A program made the position numbers and the translations under genes. DNA of 64,000 nt. It comes from Dehalococcoidia bacterium (GTDB taxonomy: Bacteria > Chloroflexota > Dehalococcoidia > Lucifugimonadales > UBA3495). Positions 42,853 through 51,642 of this stretch are shown piece by piece; position 1 is the stretch's first letter; each line of letters starts with the position of its first letter. The DNA lies in contig CBDBNP010000006.1 in the NCBI GenBank assembly GCA_965207865.1, positions 843,147-907,146 of the forward strand, given 5' to 3'. The notes under the pieces are model-generated. The model did not search any database. It worked only from the letters and a program-made list of their open reading frames with translations, and was not told where the DNA came from.

Positions 42853-43236
42853 CTACGGCTGGTAATTCTTTGAGACCTCGGCGTTGAAGAACATCGGATC
42901 GTGCCAGTAGCATCCTACGCAGGTGCCATTGTATTTGCTGTGTCCCCTGACCTGGCTCACCGAGTAGCCGAGGCGCATGGCGTCGAATCGGTTGCCGGTG
43001 TCGCGGCACTCGCGGCAGTGCTGTCGCTTTGCGTCGTTGGCACTCCGGGAAAGGGGCTGGAAATCTTCAATCACGACTTTGGTGGCGTCGCTCAGACGGG
43101 GGTCGTCGAGACGACCGTCCTTGTGGTCGCACTGGGGAGACCCCGTTGCTAATATCACGCAACGACCCGCCGTAACCTCTCTTCGAATGCCTTCAGGGAT
43201 GGGCTTCTGGATGGCGACCTTTTTGAACCCCTCCAA
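42853..43236 (-). CDS. small HNH (beta-beta-alpha-Me) nuclease, probable type II restriction endonuclease
   Basis: 127 aa (TTG start). Pattern C-x9-CDHKDG...(26)...SRSANDAKRQHCRECR is a Cys-flanked H-N-(N/K) finger. Directly downstream of a DNA methyltransferase on the same strand. Confidence 0.6.
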   Translation of the reverse strand: MEGFKKVAIQKPIPEGIRREVTAGRCVILATGSPQCDHKDGRLDDPRLSDATKVVIEDFQPLSRSANDAKRQHCRECRDTGNRFDAMRLGYSVSQVRGHSKYNGTCVGCYWHDPMFFNAEVSKNYQP

Positions 43237-43468
43237 CTGAACATGAGTTATCTTGCCCCTGCCCGCAGGATGTCGCAGGATGTTGTAGTGTTTCGCTAGG
43301 GACCCGTCTTGACGAATCCAGTCTCCACCGTTACCAAATTGGAGTTTCGCATACCGACCGACGAACTAGGATATGGATACACAACGACTAAACCCGAGAT
43401 TGTCGGGCTGCGCCAGTTCAAGGAAAAGAGCCGCCTTGCTCCCTGCCCTGAGACCATCGATAACAGAG

Positions 43469-44260
43469 TTACTGGACAAGGGTCACCCGCTGTCGGGAGA
43501 TCTCGACGTAGCGCTCGTCAATGTCGCAGCCGGCGAACGCGCGGCCGTTTTTCAGTGCAGCCATGGCGGTGGTTCCGGCGCCAAGGAACGGGTCGACCAC
43601 GAGGTCGCCTGGGTTGCTGTGCTTGATCACGAGATCGGAAAACAACTTCTCAGGTTTCTGCGTGGGGTGTTGTCGATTCCCGTTGTGGCGAGGGATGGGG
43701 TATTCGTAGATCCCCGGGTCGTCCCTGTAAATTCCGGAGTCGTAGGAACTGTTGAATGTGGGCTTGCCGACCTTGACACCCGAAACCGCCATCTCACGGC
43801 AGTTTGACAGGTAGGTGGCCCGCATGTTCAGGGGGACAGGGTTGGTCTTTTCCCAGATGATTTGCCGGATCATCTTGAACCCTGCCTTTTCCATTGCGTC
43901 CTTGACCAGGCCGATTTTCCAAAGGTCGTACCAGACTATGGCCGTGCCGCCTCGGCGCAGCGCTCGGTAAAAGACCTCTGCCATCACCTCAAGGTCTATC
44001 TGGCAGTGGTCCCACTCGCCGAAATCCATTGACACAGCGAATCGCTGCACGCCGTTCACCACGGACTTGAACCCGGTCTCCCTGCTGATGGTGTAGGGTG
44101 GATCGGTCAGGATCAGGTCGACCGATCCTTTGGGCAGCGAGTCCATGAACTCGCTGAAGTCGGCGACCTCAATCCTTGGAGATGGCAGGGCAGTCTCGTG
44201 GGTTACGCCGCCCCGGTCGGCAGCGGCGGTCTCTTCCTGTTTACGTTGTCGTGCAGACAT
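43469..44260 (-). CDS. beta-class DNA methyltransferase (N6-adenine or N4-cytosine)
   Basis: Motif IV ILTDPPY precedes motif I VVDPFLGAGTTAMAA (circularly permuted beta order). HPTQKPEKL conserved. ATG 44260; the ORF opens at TTG 44299. Confidence 0.85.
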   Translation of the reverse strand: MSARQRKQEETAAADRGGVTHETALPSPRIEVADFSEFMDSLPKGSVDLILTDPPYTISRETGFKSVVNGVQRFAVSMDFGEWDHCQIDLEVMAEVFYRALRRGGTAIVWYDLWKIGLVKDAMEKAGFKMIRQIIWEKTNPVPLNMRATYLSNCREMAVSGVKVGKPTFNSSYDSGIYRDDPGIYEYPIPRHNGNRQHPTQKPEKLFSDLVIKHSNPGDLVVDPFLGAGTTAMAALKNGRAFAGCDIDERYVEISRQRVTLVQ

Positions 44261-44336
44261 TATGTCAGTCAGAATACGTGGTGCTCCGGAGGCCGTCAAC
44301 GGCCAGAAGTCATCTACGCCGTGCTAGAATCGAGCC

Positions 44337-45110
44337 ATGACCGACTTGAGTGACGGAATCCTGAGAGCAGCCGCTATGGTTCGGCAGGCGAGCTACGTGG
44401 TGGCGCTGTCGGGCGCCGGGCTGTCGGCGGGCAGCGGCATCCCCACCTATCGCGGCGCGGGCGGACTGTGGACGCAGCACGGCACACCACCGCTGCTGTC
44501 CTACCAGGAGTTCGCCAGCGACCCGGCGGCCTGGTGGGCGAAACGCATGGCTGCCGAGGAAGACCCATCGCATCCCGTTTACCAGATGAAGCAGGCCGTG
44601 GACGGGGCGGAGCCCAACGCCGGCCACCTGGCGCTGGCCGAGCTGGAGCGGCGGGGCATCCTCCGCAGCGTCATCACGCAGAATGTCGACAACCTGCACG
44701 CCGAAGCCGGGAGCCAGGCACTGCTGGAAATCCACGGCAACCGCACCCGCTTGCGGTGCATCGAGTGCGGGTTGCGGTTTCCTCGCGACGACTACGACCT
44801 TTCCAAGGAGCCGCCCCTTTGCCGCGAGTGCGGTGGCGTGGTCAAGCTGGACACCGTGATGTTCGGCGAGCCGATTCCCGCCGATGTGCTCCAGGCCTGC
44901 CGGGAGGCCGCGGAGCGTTGCGACTGCATGCTGCTGGTGGGGACGTCGGGAACCGTCAACCCCGCTGCCCGCCTGCCCCTGGTGGCCAAGGACAACGGAG
45001 CGACACTGATAGAGGTGAACCCGGAGGACACGCCCCTGACCGCCTGGTGCGACGTCGCCCTGTCCGGGTCGGCGGATGTTATTCTGCCGGAACTGCTGCG
45101 TTCGATATAA
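44337..45110 (+). CDS. cobB: NAD-dependent protein deacylase, Sir2 family (CobB-type)
   Basis: GAGLSAGSGIPTYRG, ITQNVDNLH, EIHGN, Zn ribbon CIECG...CRECGG, VGTSG.V.PAA. Confidence 0.85.
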   Translation: MTDLSDGILRAAAMVRQASYVVALSGAGLSAGSGIPTYRGAGGLWTQHGTPPLLSYQEFASDPAAWWAKRMAAEEDPSHPVYQMKQAVDGAEPNAGHLALAELERRGILRSVITQNVDNLHAEAGSQALLEIHGNRTRLRCIECGLRFPRDDYDLSKEPPLCRECGGVVKLDTVMFGEPIPADVLQACREAAERCDCMLLVGTSGTVNPAARLPLVAKDNGATLIEVNPEDTPLTAWCDVALSGSADVILPELLRSI

Positions 45111-45165
45111 TTGTCGCGACGGATAATTTTCTCCCCTAACACCTCTCACTGACTCGGAGCAGCAA

Positions 45166-46362
45166 ATGCCATTCGTGCTGTCCCAGTTCGGGCTGCCCGA
45201 TGCCCCCTGGGTTGACCCGGTCCTTTCGATCGCCGTGGTGGTCATCTCCATGCTGGTGGCCGCCTTGGTTCACTTCGCCATGTTTCCATTGGTGACCCGG
45301 CTGACCCACCACACTCCAACCGAGCTCGACGACGTTATCATCCGGGCAGTGAGACTGCCCATCAATGTGGCCATCGTGGTGCTGGGCGTCTACCTGAGCC
45401 TGACGCTAACCCTCGACCTGCCCGCCGGCGTTCAGCATGCCATTGACCTTGGGGCCCGGGCCCTTGGCGTGCTGCTATTCGTCGTCCTGGTGGGACGTGT
45501 CTTTTCCCGTGTCATGGACTGGGCCATCGCGGAGCAGGACAAGAGGGAGCATCACACCGTGGACACCCGCCTGCTGCTGATGCTGCGGCGGGTGCTGGTG
45601 GGCCTGATATACGCCCTGGGACTGCTGCTGGTGATCAACACCCTCGGCATACCAATCAGCCCGCTCATCGCCGGACTGGGCCTGGGTGGCGTGGCAGTGG
45701 CCTTGGCGATACAGCCGACGCTGTCGAACCTCTTTGCCGGCACATACGTGATGACCGAGGGGGTCGTATCGCCGGGGGACTACATCGAGATGGAAGGAGG
45801 AGTCGCCGGATACGTGCTGGAGGTGGGATGGCGCAGCACCCGTCTGCGCACCTGGGGCAACAACCTGGTGGTGGTTCCCAACGCACGGTTCGCCGAAACC
45901 ATCATCACCAACTACTACGAGCCCACGCCGCCGGTGAATGTCTACCTGACCTGCGGAGTCAGCTATGACAGCGATTTGGCCCGGGTCGAGGCGGTGTCCA
46001 TGGACGTGATGAATGAGGTGCTGGAGTCCAGCCCGCACGGAGTGCGGGAGTACGGGGCCTACTTTGGGTTCGAGAATTTCGGGGAGTCCAACGTCGATTT
46101 CTGGCTGTTCGTGCAGGCCAGGGACCGGCTGGCCAGCTTCGAACTTCGATCGGAGCTGATAAACGAACTCCACCGGCGTTTCGACGAGGAGGGCATCGTG
46201 ATCAACTACCCGGTGCGCGCCATCCAGTTTCCCGGCGATACCCCACCCGACGCTGACCGCCGACATAGCGAAAGGATGCCGGAGTTCGCCCGCCGTCCTC
46301 CGCCCGCGGACACGCCCAATGTCGATGCAGGGGGTGGAGACGGCCCCGACGGCCCAGCCTAG
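45166..46362 (+). CDS. mechanosensitive ion channel (MscS) family protein
   Basis: 398 aa, N-terminal TM helices. Pore-helix and beta-domain signature GLGGVAVALAIQPTLSNLFAGTYVMTEGVVSPGDYIEMEGGVAGYVLEVGWRSTRLRTWGNNLVVVPN. Confidence 0.85.
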   Translation: MPFVLSQFGLPDAPWVDPVLSIAVVVISMLVAALVHFAMFPLVTRLTHHTPTELDDVIIRAVRLPINVAIVVLGVYLSLTLTLDLPAGVQHAIDLGARALGVLLFVVLVGRVFSRVMDWAIAEQDKREHHTVDTRLLLMLRRVLVGLIYALGLLLVINTLGIPISPLIAGLGLGGVAVALAIQPTLSNLFAGTYVMTEGVVSPGDYIEMEGGVAGYVLEVGWRSTRLRTWGNNLVVVPNARFAETIITNYYEPTPPVNVYLTCGVSYDSDLARVEAVSMDVMNEVLESSPHGVREYGAYFGFENFGESNVDFWLFVQARDRLASFELRSELINELHRRFDEEGIVINYPVRAIQFPGDTPPDADRRHSERMPEFARRPPPADTPNVDAGGGDGPDGPA

Positions 46363-46468
46363 CGTGATTGGCCACTTGTGTGGCCTGTAACAGGCAGATA
46401 TAATCAAGTTGCGATGTTGCCCGCAGTCTCCGCCAGGAGGCTGTAACGGAGGTCACATTCCTCTCCCC

Positions 46469-46545
46469 GGGCCTGTAGCTCAGGCGGTTAGAGCGCGGTC
46501 CTGATAAGACCGAGGTCGATGGTTCGAGTCCATCCAGGCCCACCA
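46469..46545 (+). tRNA. tRNA-Ile (anticodon GAU)
   Basis: Manual cloverleaf: acceptor GGGCCTG/CAGGCCC, D arm GCTC-AGGCGGTTA-GAGC, anticodon arm CGGTC-CTGATAA-GACCG, variable AGGTC, T arm GATGG-TTCGAGT-CCATC, A, encoded CCA. 77 nt. Stand-alone, not in an rRNA operon. Confidence 0.92.
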
Positions 46546-46879
46546 AGCTGGATAAAATCAAGAACTTTCACGTTGAGGCTCGTCTTGAGCCTGTAGAAAC
46601 AGACCCTTCGTTGCATCAAGCTCCACCTTTGGAGTTCCACCTCCAGGGTCATTCGATTATCCAAGCACAAGGCGCGGCCTTTGCCGGAAGCCCCCTCTCT
46701 CACCTTACGCCCTTCCTTTGGCAGGCTAAGGATGAGCGAACTCCCGGAGACGCCTACGATAATCGAAAGACCCTGGTTCCACCTCTCAGAGAAGTTGACC
46801 ATTGGACTGTTGGGCTGCCATACTAAATTTGGGGTTCGCCCAGGATACTCTCCGACTCCAGCCTGAGAGATAATACAAC

Positions 46880-47737
46880 ATGCCATACACGGCGGATATC
46901 AGTAGAAACAACCCCGGTTGCTTCCTCTTTCTGATTGATCAGTCGGGGTCGATGGCGGATGCGCTGGGTGGTCAGCCGGAGTTGCGCAAAAAGGACGGCG
47001 CGGCCGATGCCGTGAACCGCATCCTCGACGCCATCTCCCAACGCTGCTCGCAGGGCATGGACGTTCGCGACTACTTCCATGTCGGCGTAATCACATACCA
47101 CACGGACTCCTCGGGAATGCCGGATGTGCAGACCGCCCTTCCAGGGACCTCTCCGAAGGAACCCTTCCTCCCCATCAGCCAGGTTGTCGACGCCGCCATC
47201 GTGGAGGACAGGGAAGTGAAGGAGTCGGACGGCGCGGGCGGCCTGGTGGAAGTGCCCCGGAAGTTTCCGGTGTGGCTGCGCCCGGAAGCGAAGTACGGTA
47301 CGCCAATGTGCGCGGCGTTGTCCACCGCTTCCCATGCGCTCCACGACTGGATACTCGATCACCCCAGTTCCTATCCCCCTATGGTAATCAGCGTCACCGA
47401 CGGTGCCGCTACGGACGGGAATCCGGTGGCCTTAGCCGAAGAGATCATGGACATGGGAACCGAAGACGGCAACGTGCTGATCTACAACGCCCATCTTTCG
47501 GAAATGTCCGCGATGCCGGTGCAGTACCCGTCCGACGAGAGCCAAGTGCCTCCCGATGAGTACGCGGCGCAAATGTTCCGCATGTCTTCCGAATTTCCCG
47601 ACCCGGTGGTGACCCTGGCCACTGCCATGGGCCTGCCGGTCACCCAGGGATCACGCGGCTACGTCTACAATGCCGACATGGTGGCCCTGGTGCAGTTCCT
47701 GGACATAGGTACGCGCGCCGCTTCGGACCTGCACTGA
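46880..47737 (+). CDS. von Willebrand factor A (vWA) domain protein, TerY/YegL-like
   Basis: 285 aa. MIDAS motif FLFLIDQSGSM (D-x-S-x-S), downstream VISVTDGAATDG. First gene of a tightly spaced three-gene unit. Confidence 0.8.
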   Translation: MPYTADISRNNPGCFLFLIDQSGSMADALGGQPELRKKDGAADAVNRILDAISQRCSQGMDVRDYFHVGVITYHTDSSGMPDVQTALPGTSPKEPFLPISQVVDAAIVEDREVKESDGAGGLVEVPRKFPVWLRPEAKYGTPMCAALSTASHALHDWILDHPSSYPPMVISVTDGAATDGNPVALAEEIMDMGTEDGNVLIYNAHLSEMSAMPVQYPSDESQVPPDEYAAQMFRMSSEFPDPVVTLATAMGLPVTQGSRGYVYNADMVALVQFLDIGTRAASDLH

Positions 47738-47753
47738 TCGGTTAGAGGGTGAG

Positions 47754-48527
47754 GTGTACCTTCGACCTCCCACAGAGTTCTGGCTGCCCAAGGCGGGCAA
47801 CGACCCGGAGGAGTACGAGGACGCTTTCCGCGTCGTGTGCCCTCCGCAAGTTGGAGCATCCGGGCTTGGCGCGGCGCGAATAGCCGTCTCCGACGGCGCC
47901 AGCGAGTCCTCGTTTGCCCGCGAATGGGCGAACTTCCTGACAGATGCCTTTGTGACCCAGCCCCCGGCGTCATGCGGTCTGACTGAGGATTCCCTAAACA
48001 CATGGCTGAAGTCCCCGCAGGAAAGATGGCATGCTTCCGTGCCATGGGACCGCCTGCCTTGGCACGGAGAGACCAAGACACAGGCAGGGTCTTTAGCGAC
48101 TCTCTTGGGACTAGCCGTCAAGGCTGCGCCGGACAACTCCGGGCAACTTTCCTGGCAGGCGCTGGCAGTGGGGGATAGTTGTCTCTTTATCGTTCGCGAC
48201 AACCGGCTGTGGCTGTCCTTTCCCCTGGAAAACTCCGCCCAGTTCGATAACAACCCCGCCCTGCTCTGCAGCAATCCTGATAACTCCGGGAACATGTGGG
48301 AAGGGATACACCAGCGCAGCGGGGAATGCGCGACGGGCGACCTTCTCATTCTCGCTACCGACGCCCTGGCCTGCTGGATCCTCGCCGAGAATGCTGCAGA
48401 AGAGAGGCCATGGGAGACGCTCCTAGGATTGGACTCGTCGGAGTGGGAAACTTGGGTCGGGGAGCAGCGGCAGGGTGGGTTCATGCGGAACGACGACACG
48501 ACGTTGGTCATCATCCAGGTTATGTAG
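47754..48527 (+). CDS. PP2C-family Ser/Thr phosphatase-like protein
   Basis: 257 aa. EDAF, AVSDGASES, AVGDSCLF and NDDTTLV match the metal-binding Asp motifs of bacterial PP2C/SpoIIE-type domains. 16-nt gap after the vWA gene. Confidence 0.7.
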   Translation: MYLRPPTEFWLPKAGNDPEEYEDAFRVVCPPQVGASGLGAARIAVSDGASESSFAREWANFLTDAFVTQPPASCGLTEDSLNTWLKSPQERWHASVPWDRLPWHGETKTQAGSLATLLGLAVKAAPDNSGQLSWQALAVGDSCLFIVRDNRLWLSFPLENSAQFDNNPALLCSNPDNSGNMWEGIHQRSGECATGDLLILATDALACWILAENAAEERPWETLLGLDSSEWETWVGEQRQGGFMRNDDTTLVIIQVM

Positions 48528-48550
48528 GACCATGAGGTGAAACGAGAGCC

Positions 48551-49828
48551 ATGCCCTGGCCCGGGATAACCGACTATAGCGAGGCTATCCAGAACCCCCA
48601 GCTTTGCTTCAAGGGCACCGGACTCGCGTCCGGTTCGACGTTGGTCAATCAACGTCTTATGCCGCTGGTGTTCTCCGGCGCCTTCGCTTGCGTCTACCCC
48701 ATGGAGGTGGGTGGCAGCAAATACGCGGTGCGCTGTTTCACCCGCGAAATTAAAGACCAGCAGACCCATTACAACCATCTGAGCGAATATCTCATCAATG
48801 TCCTCCCCCCATCCTTTGTGCATTTCGAGTACCTGGAAAATGGGATTAACCTGAAGGGTATTTGGTATCCGATTGTCAGGATGGAGTGGGTAGAAGGAGA
48901 GTCGTTGAGCAGCTTCGTAGGCTCCCATCTCAACGACCCCGACGCCTTACGCCGAGTCGCGGCCCAGTGGCGCGGGGGCCCGGCAGCCAGTCTGCGGGGG
49001 CTGGGTATCGCCCACAACGACCTGCAACACGGCAACGTTATGGTGCAGGCGGACGAGAGAATCCGTCTGGTGGACTACGACGGCATGTTCCTGCCCCGAT
49101 TTCGCGGGGAGCGCAGCCCTGAACTGGGCCACAAGAACTTCCAACACCCTTTCAGGACGGCCGAAGACTACGACGACTACGTGGACAACTTCCCGTCCCT
49201 GGTAGTCTACCTCAGCCTACTGGCTATAGCCTCCGCCCCCAACCTGTGGGCCTTCTTCAACGACGACAACCTGATCTTCACCAGGAGCGACTACACTGCC
49301 CCCGGGAAATCCCCGCTATTCGACCTACTGAAGAAGTCGCCTGACCAGACCGTGGCGAAACTGGCGGAGTGCCTGGAGGAGTGCTGCACGCTTCCCGTGG
49401 AGAAGGTGCCGGACCTGGAGAGCATCCTGCAGAGCATCCCTCCCATCCCTGCGTCCTTGCCCTCAGCGTCGTCGTCAGCTCTTCCGCCATCAGCAGCGCC
49501 CGCGGTTCCTTCGTCCTCAACCCCGCCGAGCGCGGCCCCACAGGGATATCGGCAGATGCTCCTCCGTGCTCGACAGCCAGCGCAGCCCGCCTCACTTTCG
49601 ACACAATCCCATCCTCCCACGACGAATGCTACCAGTCCTGTATCGGCGGCGCAACCCGCTCCGGCACCGACGACTCAAGCCACCGCCAACCCCCCTGGGG
49701 TGGGCTCGCGCAGGGCCGCTCCCGGAGAGATCAGGAAGGTGCTGCTGGGAGTGACGGTCACTGTTGCGGTGGTCACAATGGCTCTCGCGGCAACGATAGT
49801 CTGGGCCATCTCGGTGCGAGGATGGTAG
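48551..49828 (+). CDS. atypical Ser/Thr protein kinase-like protein with Pro/Ser-rich linker and C-terminal TM anchor
   Basis: 425 aa. Catalytic-loop-like IAHNDLQHGNVMV and DFG-equivalent LVDYDGMF. The beta-3 position reads YAVRCF (Arg where Lys is canonical). The C-terminal VLLGVTVTVAVVTMALAATIVWAI is a TM helix. Confidence 0.7.
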   Translation: MPWPGITDYSEAIQNPQLCFKGTGLASGSTLVNQRLMPLVFSGAFACVYPMEVGGSKYAVRCFTREIKDQQTHYNHLSEYLINVLPPSFVHFEYLENGINLKGIWYPIVRMEWVEGESLSSFVGSHLNDPDALRRVAAQWRGGPAASLRGLGIAHNDLQHGNVMVQADERIRLVDYDGMFLPRFRGERSPELGHKNFQHPFRTAEDYDDYVDNFPSLVVYLSLLAIASAPNLWAFFNDDNLIFTRSDYTAPGKSPLFDLLKKSPDQTVAKLAECLEECCTLPVEKVPDLESILQSIPPIPASLPSASSSALPPSAAPAVPSSSTPPSAAPQGYRQMLLRARQPAQPASLSTQSHPPTTNATSPVSAAQPAPAPTTQATANPPGVGSRRAAPGEIRKVLLGVTVTVAVVTMALAATIVWAISVRGW

Positions 49829-49834
49829 TACGAA

Positions 49835-50617
49835 CTATGGCCTTCCACGGGCCAGGAGATGCGGAACGATCCCCGTGACCAGGACGATAGCGCCTGTACC
49901 GGAGAAGACGCTGGCCACGGCACCAAGGAAGAGGAACGAGCCAATTATCCCAACGACGACAAACGCCAACGAGAGCCAGTTGATCCAGCCATAACCCGGC
50001 TTGGCCCACCCCACACGGTCGGCCCAACCGAACAATGTGCCGCGGATCCCACGCCCCCGGAGCAAGAGTGTGATGAGGGAGCACACCAAGAGTAGAACAC
50101 CGATCTTCGCGACTTCGTCCATCGCCGACGTTATCCCCTGGACTTCGAACTCGTGGTCGACGAAGAGCAGGGAGACCAGGATGCGGGGAAACGCGCCAGC
50201 GGCGAACACGACCAACCCGGCCGCCGCCGTGCCCAGCGCCAGCTTTCCCGGCGGCCTCATCCTGCTGGTCGCTATCGGCGCGCCGGCCAGTCCCAGCAGT
50301 TCGAGCACGAGGCGCACGCAAAAAATGCTGATTCCCACGACAATGTTGCAACTGCCAAGAACCGCCAAGAGCTCTATGCTCGTTCGAGGTTCATCCGAGG
50401 GAAGAAACTGCCGGTCTTCCGGCGCTCCCTGCAGTTCAATGAGTGGGGTTATTGCCTGGGTGTGCAGAATGCCTCCGGCCATCGGACTCAATACAATCAG
50501 AAAGACACCGGCCGCCATCACGCCCAGTGCCACCTTGTAGGCCACACCCCAGTCTGCGAGGGTAGTACGGATCCTCGGAAAGCTGGTTTGAGGGACGTTC
50601 CTGTAGGACACACCCAC
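49835..50617 (-). CDS. polytopic membrane protein, unknown function
   Basis: 260 aa with ~6 hydrophobic segments. Convergent with the kinase gene (6-nt gap between stops). No recognisable motif. Confidence 0.6.
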   Translation of the reverse strand: MGVSYRNVPQTSFPRIRTTLADWGVAYKVALGVMAAGVFLIVLSPMAGGILHTQAITPLIELQGAPEDRQFLPSDEPRTSIELLAVLGSCNIVVGISIFCVRLVLELLGLAGAPIATSRMRPPGKLALGTAAAGLVVFAAGAFPRILVSLLFVDHEFEVQGITSAMDEVAKIGVLLLVCSLITLLLRGRGIRGTLFGWADRVGWAKPGYGWINWLSLAFVVVGIIGSFLFLGAVASVFSGTGAIVLVTGIVPHLLARGRP

Positions 50618-50757
50618 GCCTCCTGTCTCGCGCCGGACTTTGGTCCTTGAAGGCCGGGGCTTAGCTCGACCGGCACACGGCGGTTATCGCCGGTTGCCGC
50701 GGCCTCCTCTCCGTGAAGGAGACACTTCTGAAACTGCTTCGGCTTCTGGGCCGCGTT

Positions 50758-51321
50758 TCAGCGGTTGAGCCACCCGTATGCCAGAAGGGCTACGCTGCCC
50801 CCGAAGAGCACGATGCCCGGCAACATGACCATGGCCCCGCCGGCCCCAAAGATGATCTGCAGGAAAAGGGCGAGGACAAGCAGGAGTGCCCCGATCACCA
50901 CCCCCGCCAGTCCCATCCTGTTCGTCCAGCGCCACCTGACGGTCACGACCCTGTACCTCTGTATAATGCTTCGCGCCGCGCCAATAGCCGCAGCGCGTCG
51001 GCGGGATTCCATAAACAGGAGTGCCCCGAGCCCGCTCAGAAGCAGCACCCCACCCATTGCCCTGATCGTCGCGCCGAAGCCCACACCGTAATCGTCTTGG
51101 AGAACTATCCCGAACACGACCAAGACGATTCCACTTGCCACCCCGGAGGCTCCCAGCATATCGGCAGGACTTGCCTCTCGGATCCCCCTGAGCAACTTAG
51201 GCACACCGGTCCTCAATAAAGACATGTCTGCTCCTGACTCTGGAGGGATTCCAAGTGCAATCGCCGAATACCATACACGCTTGCTCCCTGGTATTGTGTC
51301 TTGAACCAAGATTTCCCACAT
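50758..51321 (-). CDS. membrane protein, unknown function
   Basis: 187-aa ORF. ~4 TM segments in the C-terminal 150 aa. The start may be the internal ATG at 51225, because GC drops sharply upstream of it. Confidence 0.55.
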   Translation of the reverse strand: MWEILVQDTIPGSKRVWYSAIALGIPPESGADMSLLRTGVPKLLRGIREASPADMLGASGVASGIVLVVFGIVLQDDYGVGFGATIRAMGGVLLLSGLGALLFMESRRRAAAIGAARSIIQRYRVVTVRWRWTNRMGLAGVVIGALLLVLALFLQIIFGAGGAMVMLPGIVLFGGSVALLAYGWLNR

Positions 51322-51506
51322 TGGAAGTCTTTAAGCTCAAAGGGCAGTCCAAAGGAGATCATAGCATTATAGCCAGGTACTGTAAGCCCGAATCCACCGA
51401 AAGGTTGAGGATTGAGGGGTGTGCTGAATTGGTCAAAAATGCCGGACCGATTCTTACACACCCCTGGTCTCTCAGCGCAAATCTCTCCCGCCAGACCTCT
51501 CCCTGT

Positions 51507-51642
51507 CAGGACGATTGCAAAGTCGTTGTCTGGATCAGGATTTCCAGCATTATAGAATTCTCAGGATAAATGTCCTAATCCTGCACATCTTTCAATCCTG
51601 ATTCAGACAATTGCGATGGACAACAACTTTGCAATCGTCCTG
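51507..51642. repeat. 136-bp imperfect long inverted repeat (nested arms) in an ORF-free low-GC region
   Basis: Outer arms CAGGACGATTGCAAAGTCGTTGTC (51507-51530) and GACAACAACTTTGCAATCGTCCTG (51619-51642), 23/24 complementary. Inner arms TGGATCAGGATT / AATCCTGATTCA, 11/12. Confidence 0.8.

Noticed and set aside
44337-45110. Sir2 gene next to the R-M pair as a possible defence-associated Sir2 effector
   Set aside because: It has the complete CobB-type deacylase signature (GAGxS, QNVD, HG, CxxC...CxxC zinc ribbon) and normal size. It is on the opposite strand from the R-M genes and has no partner gene typical of Sir2-based defence systems. Treated as housekeeping.
44310-45251. 313-aa minus-strand ORF opposite the Sir2 gene (and 45475..46407 opposite MscS, 47651..48928 opposite vWA/PP2C)
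   Set aside because: All are antisense to genes with diagnostic motifs and have Arg/Gly/Pro-biased composition.
46202-46886. Minus-strand ORFs 46202..46561 and 46488..46886
   Set aside because: They run antisense through tRNA-Ile (the LEPSTSVLSGPRSNRLSY-type peptide is the classic anti-tRNA artefact) and through the low-GC island border.
51213-51569. ORFs 51213..51461 (minus, 82 aa) and 51255..51569 (plus, 104 aa) in the low-GC tract
   Set aside because: No motif and no clear RBS. They overlap each other and the long inverted repeat. I could not decide whether either is real, so they are left unannotated but mentioned in the 51322..52244 finding.
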